Shown: positions 1 through 15,298, numbered from the stretch's first letter. The stretch: DNA of 64,000 bases from Botryllus schlosseri (GCA_051294905.1 CM119371.1:25856001-25920000), one strand, 5' to 3'. The notes: a model not told the origin generated them from the letters alone. Made by a program: numbers and translations.

Positions 1-1059
1 TTTCTGATCGTCATTTTCGACATCCACTTGATATAGTCGTCATATACCTAGTAAATCGCGACTTCTGCCTGTAATTGAGTGTAATTGAGCGTCAGTTCTA
101 CTTCTACGTGATTACAAACGACCACTACTTCGAACATGTCTGGCCGGAGGGCGGCAATAGATGACAGATAATGAAACGTGGCGCTGGTCATAGCTGCCAT
201 AGGGAAATATTATCCTTTGCATCACATAAGCTCGAATTTTTATGTTGTTGAAAATCTGTACCAACCGGGATGTATCAGCATGAACGCAGCTTTCTGCAAC
301 TTCCGCATTGACCACGTAGGAGTACAATTCGTGGCTCATGACCTATAGCAGTGGTCGGGAACCTTTTTTGTCCGAAGATCCATATCGGCCCTATATTTTC
401 CATCTTAACTCCCAAAGAGCCAGGCATGCAAATATGCTGCTACGTCACAATTAAAAATCCGCGACGTCATGGTAGCACTAATTCGAACTCACTACATGGG
501 ATTTGTCGAGTGCGCCACATTTTCCCCGAAAATACTGGTATTTTTACTATTCGAAAATATAGCTCGAAACGAGAGTTAAGGTTCAGACGGGCCAAGAATC
601 ACTATTCTTGACGCAATCCATCGAAAATAGCTTAGAATTTATTGCAACTGATGATTATCAAATGTAGTTGTCACACTAATTTCGAGAATTTAAATACTGT
701 TCGACTTCTCAATTCCCGGCGGTATCATAACGTTGCACCGCACGGCTACATTTTATCGCCGGTACTACAGAGCTATACTTGCCAATCAAGGACGTGGATA
801 GCTATGGCGTTGTTTGTAATTCGAGTTTGTAATTGTGAATGTCACGTCCACGGCAGTTTATTTCGCACCGTAGATCAGGATGACAATGTGTATTCGAAAA
901 CTGCATTGTGATATGGGTTTTACCAGCATGTCTGCTATGCTGTTAGATTATAATTAACAACGAGTCGCACAATCCAAGATTTCGAGTCTGGTATATAAAA
1001 TTCGCGACAGATATTGGTCGCCGGCGCGACAGTAACTTAAATTTGAGGATATTCAAAAG

Positions 1060-1918
1060 CAGGGGCGGGCAACTTCTCCAGTCGGCGGGCCGGATATAGG
1101 AAAATTAAGTACTTGGCGGGCCGGATTGCAGAATCGATACATTTTTCGCCCATTTATCCACATATACAAGGAATAAATCGTATTTAATGAATATATTTTA
1201 ACGACAGCAATGTCACTTCACAGCCATTTCTCGGCCATAATGACGAAGACAATGCGGATTTGAGAATAGCGTTGTCATACAGGCGACACCATGTCTGGTT
1301 CTCTCTGATCAATCAACACACGGTGCAATCCTTAATTAAGATTTCAAGGGGTTCGATAAGTCCAGTACCCCAAATTTACAAAGATACCAATTCATTAGGG
1401 TTGAGTAGGTGACGCCGCCGGTGACGGGATAGCGTCGTTGTTCAAGTGCGTGGCTTAATTAATCTCGATATTGAATTCATGCGGCCTGCGTCCCCTACGA
1501 AATTTTGATAGTGGCCAGTGACCCGTTTTGAGTTGGCAACCACTGGCATAAGCGGTGTCTCACAAAAGCCGAGAAGTGTGCCGTGCTACATGTCGGCAGT
1601 TACGGAATCAAAAATAAGAAACATCAGCCTGGTGTAAGTGACCATTGTAGTCGACAAACACCATGATTACCACAAACGACATTAGGGTTGAGTACATCGT
1701 AAATGCCGATAATGTATTCTCGCTTCGACGAACTTACGTGTATAATCTCCACTCTCGCACGCTGCGCAATGCGCATACACGTATGCATATAATAACATAC
1801 AGTCACCAAAATTGGACCTAGCAAGCAAGTAGTGGGGAATCTCGGCAGACCGGGGCCGCGGGCCACATTATCATGTAAGATGGAAAGCAGGCCGCGGGCC
1901 GTATGTTGCCCACCCCTG
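1060..1918. mobile_element. hAT-like non-autonomous element
   Basis: TIR CAGGGGCGGGCAAC / GTTGCCCACCCCTG; perfect 8-bp TSD TTCAAAAG. Confidence 0.88.
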
Positions 1919-3854
1919 TTCAAAAGGGTGGGTCTGAGCCCCTAAACTGAAGACGGCATTATCTTTGCCTCCCAAGGACGTGCATAATTGTTTATACGGC
2001 CACGAGGATAATTATTCTGGACGTGATGGAAATTTACTAACAAGTCGCCGGAATATTGATCAATTCAGTACAAAATTAAATATTTGTCAAAGCGCCATAT
2101 TTTATACCCAAAAGAGCCATATATTGCTCGCGAGCCATATGTTCCCGACCACAACCTATAGATTGAGTACATGCATTCGGCATCAGACCGTATGCAATCA
2201 CAACAACCCTTACTAAGATTAAGAACAGATACATCATGTCGTCGAATAGATGTTATGCTGAAAATATATTCCACCTGGAATGTAGCAGCTTGAAAGAAGC
2301 TCCCTGCCACGTCCATATTGATCATGTTGAAGTACAGTTTGTAACTCCGGATTAGCTTGAGAATACATACTTGCATCCTGTTTGCAGTTGTAATATCCTG
2401 TAATGAGACAAGGCTTATTTCAGTCGGATATGACTGCTGGTGCGGATATACGTGCATATACGTTTTGTCTGCATTTTATTTGATTAATGTGGTTCATCAA
2501 TTGATCAATGAGCCGCAGCAGTAGCATAGGTAGATTGTATAGAAAGGAAAATAAATTGCCACGCAAATCAGACTCGAATAACCACGGACTGGATGACTCA
2601 AAACATGTTCGACTTTCATCCATCCAGCATTTCCAGACTGGGACTGTGATCTCTACGCAAAGTTGATATATCTTAGCGTACTAACGGCGTCAAGCGATAC
2701 TAGAAATATTTCTCAGAATTGCAAATATAGATATAGTAAAAGCAGTACTTTGAGCTTACCTTCTGCGGTATGGTATTCATATTAAAATCCAGAACTCTGG
2801 TGAGGCTGAATCACACGAAGTACGAAAAAATCTCAACCTGAATATATAAAATACGAGCCCAAACTGTATGCTATACTTTATGTTGATTTACGAAATAATT
2901 TTTGGGCCCCTGCGGTCATCGAGTTTGATTTCGAAAATAAATCTGAATAAATTAGGGCGATCACGTGCCGCTGTCCACAATCGATTCTCGCTAATTAGAG
3001 GCACTGATAATACGAATTCCTGAATTGCAAATGAACTAATAAATATTAGAGATACGATCGGCATTTCATACAGACGTTTTATAAACGAGGATAATAATAT
3101 AAATAATTATTTTTCCAAGTGAATCCATTCCGAACCAGAGGCCCCTAAATTCCCCACGAGTGGAAAACACCTGCATTCGATTTTATCTTAAAATATAATT
3201 TTACTACAATAATTTTGCGACAGCTGATCAAATGTCCATTTTCCCAGTCAATCTGTGTATCACACTCATTAGCTTCATTAGCCAACATAAGCGTGTTCAC
3301 TGTTCACAGTCCATGATATCAGAGATAATCAGATTTCATGAAGATGCACTGCGTGTTGTAGGCCGGCATGCCATAACGTCGCTCCAAGACAAGCTATATA
3401 TTTTTGAAATACAATGATGATTATGTCAAATAGACATTGCGTGATAATCATCCTCCCAAAGCGCAGAAAATTATTCCCAAGTTCAATAAATTGGTAATAA
3501 TGTTCATATAACTTCTATATTCTCAGAGTCTACAATTTTAAAACTCTATTGGTTGTGTACGTAGTGGAAGTTCGATTAGCGAAATACAGTTTGTAACGCG
3601 ATAGCGTTCGAATGTCATTCGTTTTTATATTTAGATTGGAATATTGATCATTAATGCTATTTTCAACTTGGCTCTATGTGCTCGTTGCGCAACTTTGTTG
3701 TGTTCGAATAGATGACGACCAGGATGGGTGAGTCATGAATCACAATTTGAGATTTGAACATTGAACATAGACAGTGAACGATTTTCTTTAGTATGCAATA
3801 AATTTGACAAATCGAAAGTAGGATCATTGCCATGGTTCTGGCAAAACTGTCAAA

Positions 3855-3965
3855 GTATGGGAAAAGTATGGAAGTATGAAAAAAATGTTCCATACCATAC
3901 CATACCATACTTGCACTCTTCCATATTCCATACCATACCATACTTCAATACCATATCATGCCCTG
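3855..3965. repeat. (CATAC)n / (GTATG)n simple repeats, probably a transposon subterminal remnant
   Basis: GTATGG repeats followed by CCATAC repeats, ending in ...CATGCCCTG. Confidence 0.6.
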
Positions 3966-4039
3966 GTATTCTTGGCGTTTGACGAGTAATATGGTAACTT
4001 CCAGCAGACCAATTTCCTTCATTTTTTATTCTATAGCTT

Positions 4040-4225
4040 CCGACTTCTAGCACGGCCCACATCTAGGCTTATTTCAAGATACATAATACACGGATGGCAT
4101 GGCGAGGAGAAGCCTAGATAAACCTTCAACACTTAGGTAGGAACTCTTAGAGTCGACCTCGATCGGCCTCGAACCTGCAACCGATAGGCGTTGCAGCTGT
4201 GGAATATACCACTACGCTATCATCA
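4040..4225 (-). mobile_element. tRNA-derived SINE-like element
   Basis: Minus strand shows A-box-like TAGCGTAGTGG and B-box-like GGTTCGAGGCC, without a complete cloverleaf. Confidence 0.5.
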
Positions 4226-7200
4226 TATCATCATACAACTACGCTTCAGATGTGGCAATCAATTGTAGCAGGGGTGTCCAAACTGCGACTCTTTGAGCCT
4301 TTGATTAAGGCTCATTAATGACTGCACATGGATATCCCCTTATTGCTGAGAAGTTGAAACTGAATATAAGACAATGCATCATATCATGCATTAACAATGG
4401 GCGTATTGTATCCGTATTATTTCTTACCTTACCGTTTACGAAAGGATGGAAAAATTACTGGACGCCGGCTATACGGGCCGTCATGGTGATATTGAACTGT
4501 CAAATCGAGATCACGTAAGCATTCCTACGTGAATGTGGAACATAATGATGAACAGGGAACTTAATACTTAATCCCGGTAGCATGTTACATTAACTGCGAA
4601 CGGACAATGGTGCATAGGGTAGTATGAATGAATATATATAAATTCTTAATGAGTTGCGAGCTAAACAACTGAGCTTTGTAAAGGCTCGAAATGAATAAAA
4701 AGCTGGTGTTTAGCTTGCAATTCGTTTTAGTTGTCTGGAATTCGGCATTGGTGTGTTGTTCTAAAACTTCCCCGTCCAGTCATTGTATCATTTGATATCT
4801 ATTCTGCTACGAAACATGAAACAATGTAGTGAGTCATTTTGCAAATGCAACAAGACTGGTTGATCTTGCCACGAGGTATATTGTTACTGATAAAATGCAA
4901 GCCATGCGACTTTGCTTCATAATCCATAGAAATGAATAATGAATGCATAATAATGCTTGGTTTGCAAACACTTTTTGAATCGAATACGACTCAGCAGGAT
5001 ACTTGCATCCTTTTTCTGCAAAGCAAAATCCCTGCCCCGCTTCAATATGCATCCGTAACTAATCATCCCATTTTAAAATAATGGGACAGTGGCGGTTCGT
5101 CACACATAGTGCCTCTTTAACTGATGCGAGTTCACTCGAGAGATTTTCCTAAAACGACTTGAGTTTACTCGGATTCGTCAATGGACTTGTGACTCGGAGT
5201 CAAATTTTAAAGTCAATTTTCAGGTCATCAAATATTTAACCTCGCAGGGCATTCGAAACTTTTCCACCGCATTGAAGATGATCACGTCATCAATACCAAT
5301 CCCATGACTATAGGCTATAGCAGTCGTTCTTATATTTAACTTCAGACCCCCTCTACTCCTACCCCCACACCAGGCGGTGATTGGAATTTTAAAGGGGGCA
5401 AAAACACTCAGGTAGTGTTAATGCGGCCACTATATGACGTTACGGGGAGCTGTAGAAAATGGGTTAGCTGCAGAGATTATGCGGTGGTTCTAAATCTCAT
5501 ACCGATATATCGTCCCGAAGTAGACTTCTAATTTTATACATCCTTGAATTATTCTTGCAAATGGAGGTTTGGTAAAATCTGTTATATCTCGTGATTATTC
5601 GTCGCGCTTCACGCGAAATATACCAACGCTTGATTTACTAGGTTTCCACAAGCGCAACGGCTACAATAATTATTGTAAAATGTGGTTACGCGTTTATTTC
5701 GCGTACTTTCATATCGATAAGTATTTCTCAGTACATATCCATCTTTCCAGGTTGAGATTTTTCGATTAAATGTTAAGAAGTTTTGTAATTTAGGTATTGT
5801 TCCAAGCAGCACACTGCGTGTTTCAATCGGAGAAAGTGACCCTATACGACTTTTGATAGTGCACGCAAGATCTTAGTCACTTTCGCATAATATTCGTCCT
5901 ATTTGCATAGTATACATATATAATACTTCAAAGCTTTTTGGCCAAAGCCATAACCCAAAAATCATTGTATTTGAGAGCTACAAAATGAAACTTTCCATTT
6001 ATTTGTTCACCGTAGCATGCAAAATGATATCATTAAGTGTAGTGACGCTCTAGCTCACATGCCCGTTATACAACACGCGTTGTTTGTTTGGTCGGTTAGC
6101 TTGCAGTAGGATATAGGTGTGGTGCTGATGAATCAAAACTTACAAAATTATATCTGTTACCCAAACCGTCAGCCTAGAATAGCATATCTTTGACTGGTTT
6201 AACACTTTGGGGCAAGGTCTACCTATGGCTGATGAACATGACCATTTTCCAAAAATATTTATGAACGTTAAAAATTTGTTGCTTAAACATATCCTCAATG
6301 GGACATACGCTCAAAAACCTAATTATCCCAGCTTTTCTTGCTGTGTACTATATTCTAAGGCACAGAAATCCAAAGAAGAATGTTTGGTCGCCACTTTCAA
6401 AAAATAGAATAAATAATAAATTAAATGTTGACAGAAAATGATGTTTCGATTTAGGCTGACACTTACACATATGAGAGTTCGTTTAAATTGCCGTAGACCG
6501 ACATTCGACTTCGAATTAGCCTGGTATAGCAATAAACAGCACAGGTAAATATGACATACAGCCTCTCTTTATATATGCGTTTTTTTTTTATTGATTTGGC
6601 TACGGTGTATCATTGATCCTCACTCTATAAATTTTGAAATTGAATTGTGGAAGTCCTCTCAGGGATGGTATTGAATAAAAAAAAACATGTTCCGTTATAT
6701 AGCATCATACAAGTCCTAAACTTCACATTGTTATTGTTGGTTTGTTCGTGATGGAGGTTACAAAGAAACATATACACGTCGAAGGAAATTTTTTGACACC
6801 CCACAAAACAGAAATGTCTGTCACAGACTCCTCGTTCGCGTAAATCGGACGTAGTTGCATGTGAGGAAAAATGCTACTCGATGCAGTTATAAAAACAAAT
6901 TCACAAAGTGTAATCATAGAGCTATAACAAAAATATTTCAAGTATTTCCGGTCCCAATATCTCATCGGTCCCGCATGTCCCCTCCGTGCATGTTAAAACA
7001 TTGGTGCTAACGACGATAAAAGGTGGCATTGCTTTAGTCGTAATCTGTAGTTGGCCATGTGTGTGCGTTGAGAGGTATACACGAAATGTAACTGAAAACG
7101 TTGACGTCGGATTTCGTTTTATCATTATCACAATCGCGATGCCGGTTTCTCTGGAGTCTGGAGATCTTTTCAGTCGGAACTGAAACAACAGTGCGACAAA

Positions 7201-8964
7201 AGGTATTTTAAATATTTTTTTGTTACTAATATATTGTCCATGTAAACTGCACATAAATGTTCTACACTAGCAGTTTTGCATCTGTAAATAATTACTTTCC
7301 GTCCATTTCCCATAAAACTCTGTCAACTCGAAAAGCAATTTTTTCTTTCTCGAAATTGAATATCAATGTCATGGACTTGTTCTTAATGGTAACTAGAGTG
7401 AACACACAACGCCGCAGTCGGGTGGTTATATCCCAGGAACATGTTTGACATTTGCTTTCTTGAGGTACGATGCGTTGGAAGTATATTTCATGCAAACGAA
7501 TCTCAACATTGGTTAGAAATAAGCTGTATAAGATAACCATTTTCCAATATACTCAGAATTTATTCGCGGGCCGCCTCAAATCGCCTGACGGGCCGTATGT
7601 TTGATATCACAGGTATAAACAGTCTATGGGCGAATCATGATAAGTCCGAAAAGATAGACGAAAGGCAAATAATGAATTACTTTCATAAATCGAATATACA
7701 AAATGCAATAATTGCCATTGATTACTATTTTGTGCCTTTCGCGTTAAGTTACGTATATCATATCATTGTCAATACGCAGCTCACTAGGTTGAAGAGATAA
7801 AATAAACTACAACAGTAGCCGTAGCTCCATTCTCATTCTTAGCCGATATCGGAATCGTGTGCTGCTCACGAAATAAATTTGTTTATCGTACGTTTGGGCG
7901 ATTTTAATATATTTCCACTACCGATACAATCGAAAATCCTGATCGGGGGACATGAAATAACAGCATGCAACAAAGTGACTAATTACATTTGGCCCACCGG
8001 AACATGCATTATAATTTATAACTTGCCCTAATTTTTGAAAGCACTCCCTCAATGATTCCTACCGGTGAATCTGATCACGTGGGCGGAGAGAGGATAAATA
8101 TTTGATAATATTAGGTGATACTGCTACTATTAATTACGGAATTCATTCGTGAATCTGAAATTTTATCCCGCTTCGCACGACAATGTGCAATCCCACCATC
8201 TATTCACAACATTGCGACTCGCGATTTCGGTGCGTACAATAGGCTTATGGTAAAAGTATATTAGTCCGGAGTTCACCGAAATTGGATATGGGCGGAATAA
8301 CATAGCTATTTTGCGTCCAGTTAGTTCATTACGGCAATGCCCTGGAATGCGTCCTTAGGCTACATAAGTAATCGAAATGAGCCGTGATTGGCAAGAAGGA
8401 TGCCTACCTCTGTATTAGATGTTATGCTCTTTTTGACTTGATGATAAATGTAGGGGGGGGTCAGGGGCGCAATATTTTTTACCATCCCCAAGGGGGGCGC
8501 ATGTCCAAAAATGTTGACAACCGCTATGTGAGTCCATCCAACGGCATTCTTACGCGCATCCTTTGAAGTAACCCAACACTCTCCGTAATTGTAGATCGTC
8601 AAACAATATTGAAGATTAGGGCTGTTCAAAAAAAAAAAGTTTTCTACAGATTTCACTGGCTACTTGATAAAATTGTTAGGCTGGTGAAAGCAGAGCTGCA
8701 CACCAGCTTTGACTCAACTCCAACCAGTAGAAAGAAGTGATTTTAATGCAGTAGATAGAAGGTGGCGAACCGACTATAAGCACTTTTTTGAAATCAGACA
8801 CCCACCTTGGCCTAGGTGATGTAGAGAGGAGGCAGGCACACTGAAAGAAAAGTGAAGAATATAAAAATGAAGCGACGAATTGAGGTGGCATATGGCTGAA
8901 TGCGAGATCGATATGTTATTTCGTCATCCCGTAATCCTGATGGCTGTCAAGTATTCAGTTAGAA

Positions 8965-10218
8965 CAGTGGTTCCCAACCTGTGGTACGCGTACCAGTAGT
9001 GGTACGCAAAGGTCTTCCAGGTGGTACGCGGGTAGATTCTTTTTTTTTTCGACCGAAGGGAGTTATTATAGTTCTGGTGGGGTTGACTTCAAGTTTTTTG
9101 AAGCCGTCGTCGTCGTCGTCGTGGGTAGCGGCAATCCCACCAATGACGGCCTACGACAGGGGTGGTCAACGGCGGTCGCATGCGGCCGTAGACAAGTAAC
9201 TCAATTGCATGTGTAGGCGGCCGTCGGCATGCAATTTGAATTTACGAATTGACTACCGATTTCATGATAGATGTTAATTTATCTTGAAATTTCCTTCGCG
9301 CTGGGCGCGATTCATTGTGTCTTTATTATCAGATTTTAATATAGTAGCGCCCTTTACAATAAAGCCCACATTTCAAATTAGGAGAGTAGAGAAAAATGAT
9401 GCGCATGCGCCCTAATAGAAATACGACTCGGAGTCGTGTACACCTCATTATACCGATAATCTTGATGGGAGGTCAAGAAATAACAGCATGCAGCAAAGTG
9501 ACTAATAACAATTGGCCCACCCGAAGATGCATCATGAATGATATATAACTTGCCCTAAATTTTCGAAAACACCTCCTCCATCAACTCTTCCGGTGAATCT
9601 GACCACATCCATGGGCTGAGAAAGGACAAATGTTTGATAGAAATATGTAAAATTACTAATATTATTCACGAAATTCATTAGTAAATCTGAGAAAAAAATT
9701 CGCGCCTCCCGCGGCAATTCCTGCAGTCCCACAACATCACCAGTGACCACTCGTGATTTCGGTGCGTAGAGAAAGCCTATATGATTAAATAGATTGGTCC
9801 GCAGTTCACCAGAAATGGACGTAGACATTCTAACGTGGGCATTTGGCGTCCACATATACTTAATGAAATGCGGCCGTGGGCTACATGAGTATTTGAAATG
9901 CGGTCGTGAATGGGGAAAAAGGTTGGCTGCCCCTGTCCTACGGGGAAGAGATCTAGTCGTAAAGCATTGAGATTCTTACCTACCCAAATTCCGTTTTAAT
10001 ATATTTGACCACAAGAATTCCAAATGGATCCACTAGAGAAATCATATACTGCACCTTAAAATCGGCAGTTTATATTCTGTTTCGCTGCCTTCGGCAGCTC
10101 AATCCGGTAGATACATCTTTTGCCCGCCATCGGCGCGCGTTAACTTATGTAGGTGGTACGCAAGCACTGCATAAAACCTCGAAATGGTACGCGGGTGGAA
10201 AAAGGTTGGGAACCACTG
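8965..10218. mobile_element. hAT-like non-autonomous element
   Basis: TIR CAGTGGTTCCCAACCT / AGGTTGGGAACCACTG; perfect TSD AGTTAGAA. Confidence 0.9.
9157..9935. mobile_element. Nested hAT-like element inside 8965-10218
   Basis: TIR CAGGGGTGGTCAAC / GTTGGCTGCCCCTG; degenerate TSD GCCTACGA/TCCTACGG; related partial copy near 7940-8400. Confidence 0.75.
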
Positions 10219-10299
10219 AGTTAGAAGAAATTGCATGTATTTCGACTTGAATTGAATGCGGACAAGCTTGTCGACTGTCGTATAGCCGGCGAGATGTTG

Positions 10300-11060
10300 T
10301 TCCTTAATTGTGGCTCGGCGTACTTAATAGAGCAATGCGTTTTCTTCTATTCCGTCCTGATCCTGATAGTTACTCTTCGTTGAATCGCGTGTTCCGTACT
10401 TGGGCAGTTTCGACTCCGAGATGAAGTAGCCGTTGAAATTTGGGGGACATCGACTGCCATAGAACTGATACATATACTTGGCAAGTTCTAACTTCCTCGT
10501 ATCTTCTATGTTAAAAGAACACCAAATCTTTTGAGTAGCGATTTATCATTTGTACAACCAGGCCTATGTGGGGCTTTGTCCATGATACGAATGATCCGCT
10601 TTTGTAGTTTTCGCAGTGGGTCAATCATATTCTTGCAGGCAAAAGCCCAGCGAAGAATTCCGTATTCTAACTTTTGTAGAGTGTTGAAGAGTACCAAGAG
10701 TATCAACGGAACCGTAGCTGACAGACTGTAACGAAGGCGACGGAACAGACCACATACGTTCGACAGTTGTGGTTTGAGTGATTGTATGTGACTCTTCCAA
10801 GACATGTCCCAATCCAGTAAAACACCTAATTTGGCATTTTTAGCGTTAGAAATTGATTGGCCAGCCATGTCAACGGTTAGGTTATCACAGGAGTCCACGA
10901 CCAATAATTGGGATTTCGCAGCGTTAACAGGAATGCTATTATGGTACGTCCATTCATGCACTTTGGGTATAGTGGATGCGTGAGATAGGAGATGAGTATC
11001 GCCAGCGAACAGTGTGGTATTCAATGACGAGGTTTCAAAAATGTCGTCATTGTCATAGTC
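10300..11060 (-). mobile_element. Non-LTR retrotransposon relic (RT C-terminal half, CR1/L2-like group)
   Basis: LFAGDT (degenerate FADDT), VNAAKSQ, KLGVLLDWDMSWKSHI and LEYGILRW...LRKLQKRIIRIM. Confidence 0.85.
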
Positions 11061-11775
11061 ATATGTCATTGACATATAAAGTAAAAAGAACCGGTTGAAA
11101 AATTCATTTCTATGCGACGGTTAAATAAATTTCGGTCATACCAGAAAAAGGTCCGATTCGAAAGGAATTCTTAACTTGAATTATAAACACAAACTCGGAG
11201 CCGGATTGCGTTAGAAAACATGAAATCCGATCACTTATTTTATATTAGCTTCTACAAGTTCGTAGAAGAGCTTTTAAGCTTGTACGTGAATTTTAGTGCG
11301 TCACAACCGGTATCTCCCTGCCTTACTGGATCATGAGATATAATGGTCGAACGCCGCTGATCCGAAGTAATCTGGTGCATGTAAGATGTACTTGGAGAAG
11401 GATCCGATAATACCGGGTAGCTTTTAAATTCTTAAAATGAGCCGAGAATAATCGACGGCGCACGGATCAAAGCCGCGATCTATCTGTCCGTGTACAGAAG
11501 CAATTAAACCATTTTCGGAAGGTTTACATTAATTATACGACGAGAACATGTACATCACATTGTTATATGCAGATAGCTACGTGGGTGAATAAAGTAGTTT
11601 TCTTGCTATTCCCTGACTTAAAACATACCAAGTCACAACATTACACTTTATATTACAATATTATGCAACCAGTTATCAGTTATGGACCTTAGATGTTCAT
11701 TGTTCATGTATGCTGGTGGTGGCTACATGATGTAACAAGATGCATGAGCATTGACAACAGGAAAGGCCTAGTAAT

Positions 11776-13335
11776 CAGGGCTTTGGAGCAGTCATAAATT
11801 TAAACTGCTCCCGCTCCGGCTCAAGAGCTCTATTCTTTCATAAATCAGCTCCGGCGTCAGCTCCGGAGCTCATGATACCACTTCGCCGGCTCCATATCCG
11901 GCTCCGGCAGCTATGGTTTGTTTTTAAACGTCGCAAGGAACCATCTTTTTTGGGGGTATGCAAAGTCCTGTGACTTGGTAATTAATTCGTGTCGTCATTT
12001 AGCCTACACACGAGAACGCAATTTACTCGATGCCATTGCATGTACACATGGTACAGCGTGACGTTTTAATACTGGTATTGCGCTCGTTAATATCGAGCCT
12101 TACGGTCCAATTTAATCTTGAAGTGATGCGATCTGCATAATTGTAACTGCAGAAATGGGCGCATGTCGTGACCTTATCAGCAGAAATCCACTTTTTACCA
12201 AATATACCCAATGGCTTGAAATTCGATATTGGTGCGCTCGTTACCAGTCCGTCCTTCGTCGATCAATTTTAGTGGAGTATATAAGGTTCCCCTTCAAACG
12301 GATCGAATGAACTCAGAATTTATGCCACTGAGAATCCGGTGTTGCATCAATATTTGAGAACTTAATTCATGCCGTGCACTATACAGTGTACAAGTTAGTC
12401 ACCAATTAAACTGCAAGCTCACAAGTGAAATTGCGCAGCAATTTCAGAATACGAATGTTTCAATAAGACATGAATGAATACTCAAAATAGATGTTTACAA
12501 ATTGGAAAGCGCACATCCAATCACTAATTGCCCTATTATATTCAAGACCAAGACAGGATTCGGACATCGCATTCTCAGCTCGCATCGTGACATCCGTATA
12601 ATAGCGATCTGGGCTGCTTCGATGCATTTCCCTATTTACGTTCGCAAATCGTTACTGACGTAAAAGATCATGCGCTCGAATGAATTTCAATTCGGAGGCA
12701 AAAACGATGACTCACTGTCCAATTTGGCTCTACGATTAAAAAGCTATCAACGAAGAATGAGCATTTGCTCGTCCAATTGAGAAACAAGAAAATATTTCTC
12801 GGCGTGAGGCATGCGCGCCTCCAAATCAAAATGTGCATCAAGGTCATGTTTATATCCCATGGCGTCACTTATATATTCGTCACATTACTAATTAGGTAAA
12901 TTGCTTAGCTCACATAAGCATCAATTTCGTTTCGTGACAAGCATGGTTTTCATTACTTTTCGAACCAAACAATTGGCCATCGGCGTTGTGCAGATGACGA
13001 AATTTAGGGTATTCCCATAATACAGTAACTACGGAGCAGGCGCGGAAAATCCAGCCTGCCCAGTTTGGAGCCTATGTATGAACATGGTTACTGGTTAGTT
13101 AGAAAAGGTGGTGTCAACGAGGCAACAAGTCTTAAATTTGTGAACGGTTATCGTAAAATTATGTGAATTCAGCCATCAGTAAAAGCATAGCATCTTATCA
13201 ATACATCGGAGCCGGATCTACTGTTCATACAAATTGCTCTAGCTCCGGCTTCACTTGAATTTTATGTAGAGCTCCGGTTCCAGATCCGGCTCCACTGAAA
13301 ATGCACGGCTCCGGGGTTCCAGCTTCAAAGCCGTG
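11776..13335. mobile_element. Non-autonomous DNA transposon with GCTCCG subterminal repeats
   Basis: TIR CAGGGCTTTGGAGC / GCTTCAAAGCCGTG; TSD CTAGTAAT/ATAGTAAT. Confidence 0.8.
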
Positions 13336-14401
13336 ATAGTAATTGGGTTTAATTCGAAAAATGAGGGGCCCCCTTTCACGGATTCGGAAATACGCTGATT
13401 ACTACTTTTGCGCGCAGCGACCATCTACTTCCTAATCGATTAATATAATTTACTTCCTAGACGCTGGATATCATCTATTCTCTAATCGCTGGATTGATCA
13501 ATTCATAGATTGACAGTAAATCCATATTTGATAACGGGACATTTTGACCTTTTCATTCACATTTCATGGACCCCTTGGATGGAAGTCTGCCGACCCCTGA
13601 AGGATTTACGGACCCAAATTTAGGAATTTTGCTTTAAAGAATTGTTTTGTCGCTTCGTACAAGCTCATGACAATTATTATTGACATATGTATCAATACAT
13701 ATACCACGAACTACTTATCAGACATGGGGTGATTACTTCATGAATGTAATCGATTGCGATTACGATTACTTCTGAATCACGCGATTACGATTACGATTAC
13801 GATTACAGCAAAATCCGCAAGTAGTCGATTACGATTACGATTACTTTGGAAAAGTAATCACGATTACTCACGATTACGTTTATTTTGCTTCTGAGAATTC
13901 ATCATTGAAAGACAACAATGCGATGAAAAGGCCTCATGAGAGAAGGTCTTTCTTTTTAAATGAGACATCATGACGTCATTTCCTGTATATGACATAATAT
14001 ACCATAGCATGATTTACGCAGAAATAGGCATTTCGGAGCCGGCCAATACCGCGCCGCAACATACCAAGACATGCTACATTGACCGAAACATTGTGTATTT
14101 GTCCATAGCCGCGCTGGATGGTCGCGAAGAATAGTCTTCTCAATCTCTGCCCCTCAATACAAATGCCACTGGGGGCACCCACTGAGGAAATTGATGAACC
14201 ACGAGTATAAATGACAATTTCTGGGTGCATCTCACGAAAGTTTTTCGTTTCGTTTTCTTTTCGTCTGCTACGTTTGGGCGACTCCAATATCTTTTGACTA
14301 TATAGCAGACAGGAGGTCACGAATTAACAGCATACAATACAGGTATAGTTGTAAATTACGGGCCTAAATATTCGCGCTTGGCGCGACTTGACAGTAAATA
14401 C

Positions 14402-15298
14402 TAGCGTTGGGACCCCGGGAAATCCCGATCCCGGGATCCCGGGATTTGAAGCAATCCCGATCCCGGGTTTGGTCCCGATGAAATCCCGGGATTTGTGAAC
14501 AGCATCTACTAAGGCTTATGTAGCGCCATATCTCTTATTTTGGTAATAAAGCAGTGTCACAAACTCGACTGATTGTCTAAAACAGTGGCCTCAAACACGC
14601 GGCCCGTCAGAACTGTTTTTGCGGCCCACGTCGGCGTTTTGATTTTTCAAGCATTCGACAATATCAAACTCGAAAATTTCAGATTTCGGATTTGGGAACT
14701 TGAAATTTCACTCTGAAACCACTCCAAAAACCTGAATCGCTATCACACATCAAACGTCCACTAGCTGCTAAATTATAATGCGACAGCTTTTACGATGTCA
14801 CGATGCATTTGTCGTCTCGCATGGTTTCTAACTATCTATATAACTCCACATGTCGCCAAATTATGCCAAGCACAACAATATTTTTAAAAAATATTGAAAA
14901 ATATGACTTTTTCGTGGCAACCGTGAATATCACAATAGTGTATTACATTTTCACAATGTGTATGGAATACCAATGTGCAAGGTCCGACAAAAAAAAGGCG
15001 TACTGGGAAATACATATTAGGCCTATACCCCTATTTGATGCTGCTGCCCGCCGCGTCATCAAAAACTACGAAATTGGCCCGCGAGCAAATTGGAGTTTGG
15101 GACCCCTGATCTAAACGATGATACTCTTGATGCTCTTATGTTTTGCGTCAATTCAATATCACAAGGACTATATGTTATTTGTGTAACTTGTGTATTTCAC
15201 AACTTTTCTAATCCCGGGGAATCCCGGGATTGAGGAGCGATAATCCCGGGAAATCCCGATCCCGGGATTTCAAATTTGATCCCGAAGTCCTAACCCTA
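14402..15298. mobile_element. Nested element with ATCCCG subterminal repeats
   Basis: TIR TAGCGTTGGGAC / GTCCTAACCCTA; perfect TSD GTAAATAC. Confidence 0.85.
14583..15108. mobile_element. Innermost nested hAT-like MITE
   Basis: TIR CAGTGGCCTCAAAC / GTTTGGGACCCCTG; degenerate TSD GTCTAAAA/ATCTAAAC. Confidence 0.7.

Noticed and set aside
4140..4225. tRNA gene
   Set aside because: A/B-box-like motifs only; no convincing acceptor or anticodon stems, so treated as a SINE head.
6723..7540. Possible minus-strand exons
   Set aside because: Coding-like composition, but no recognisable domain and interrupted frames; cannot be supported without a search.
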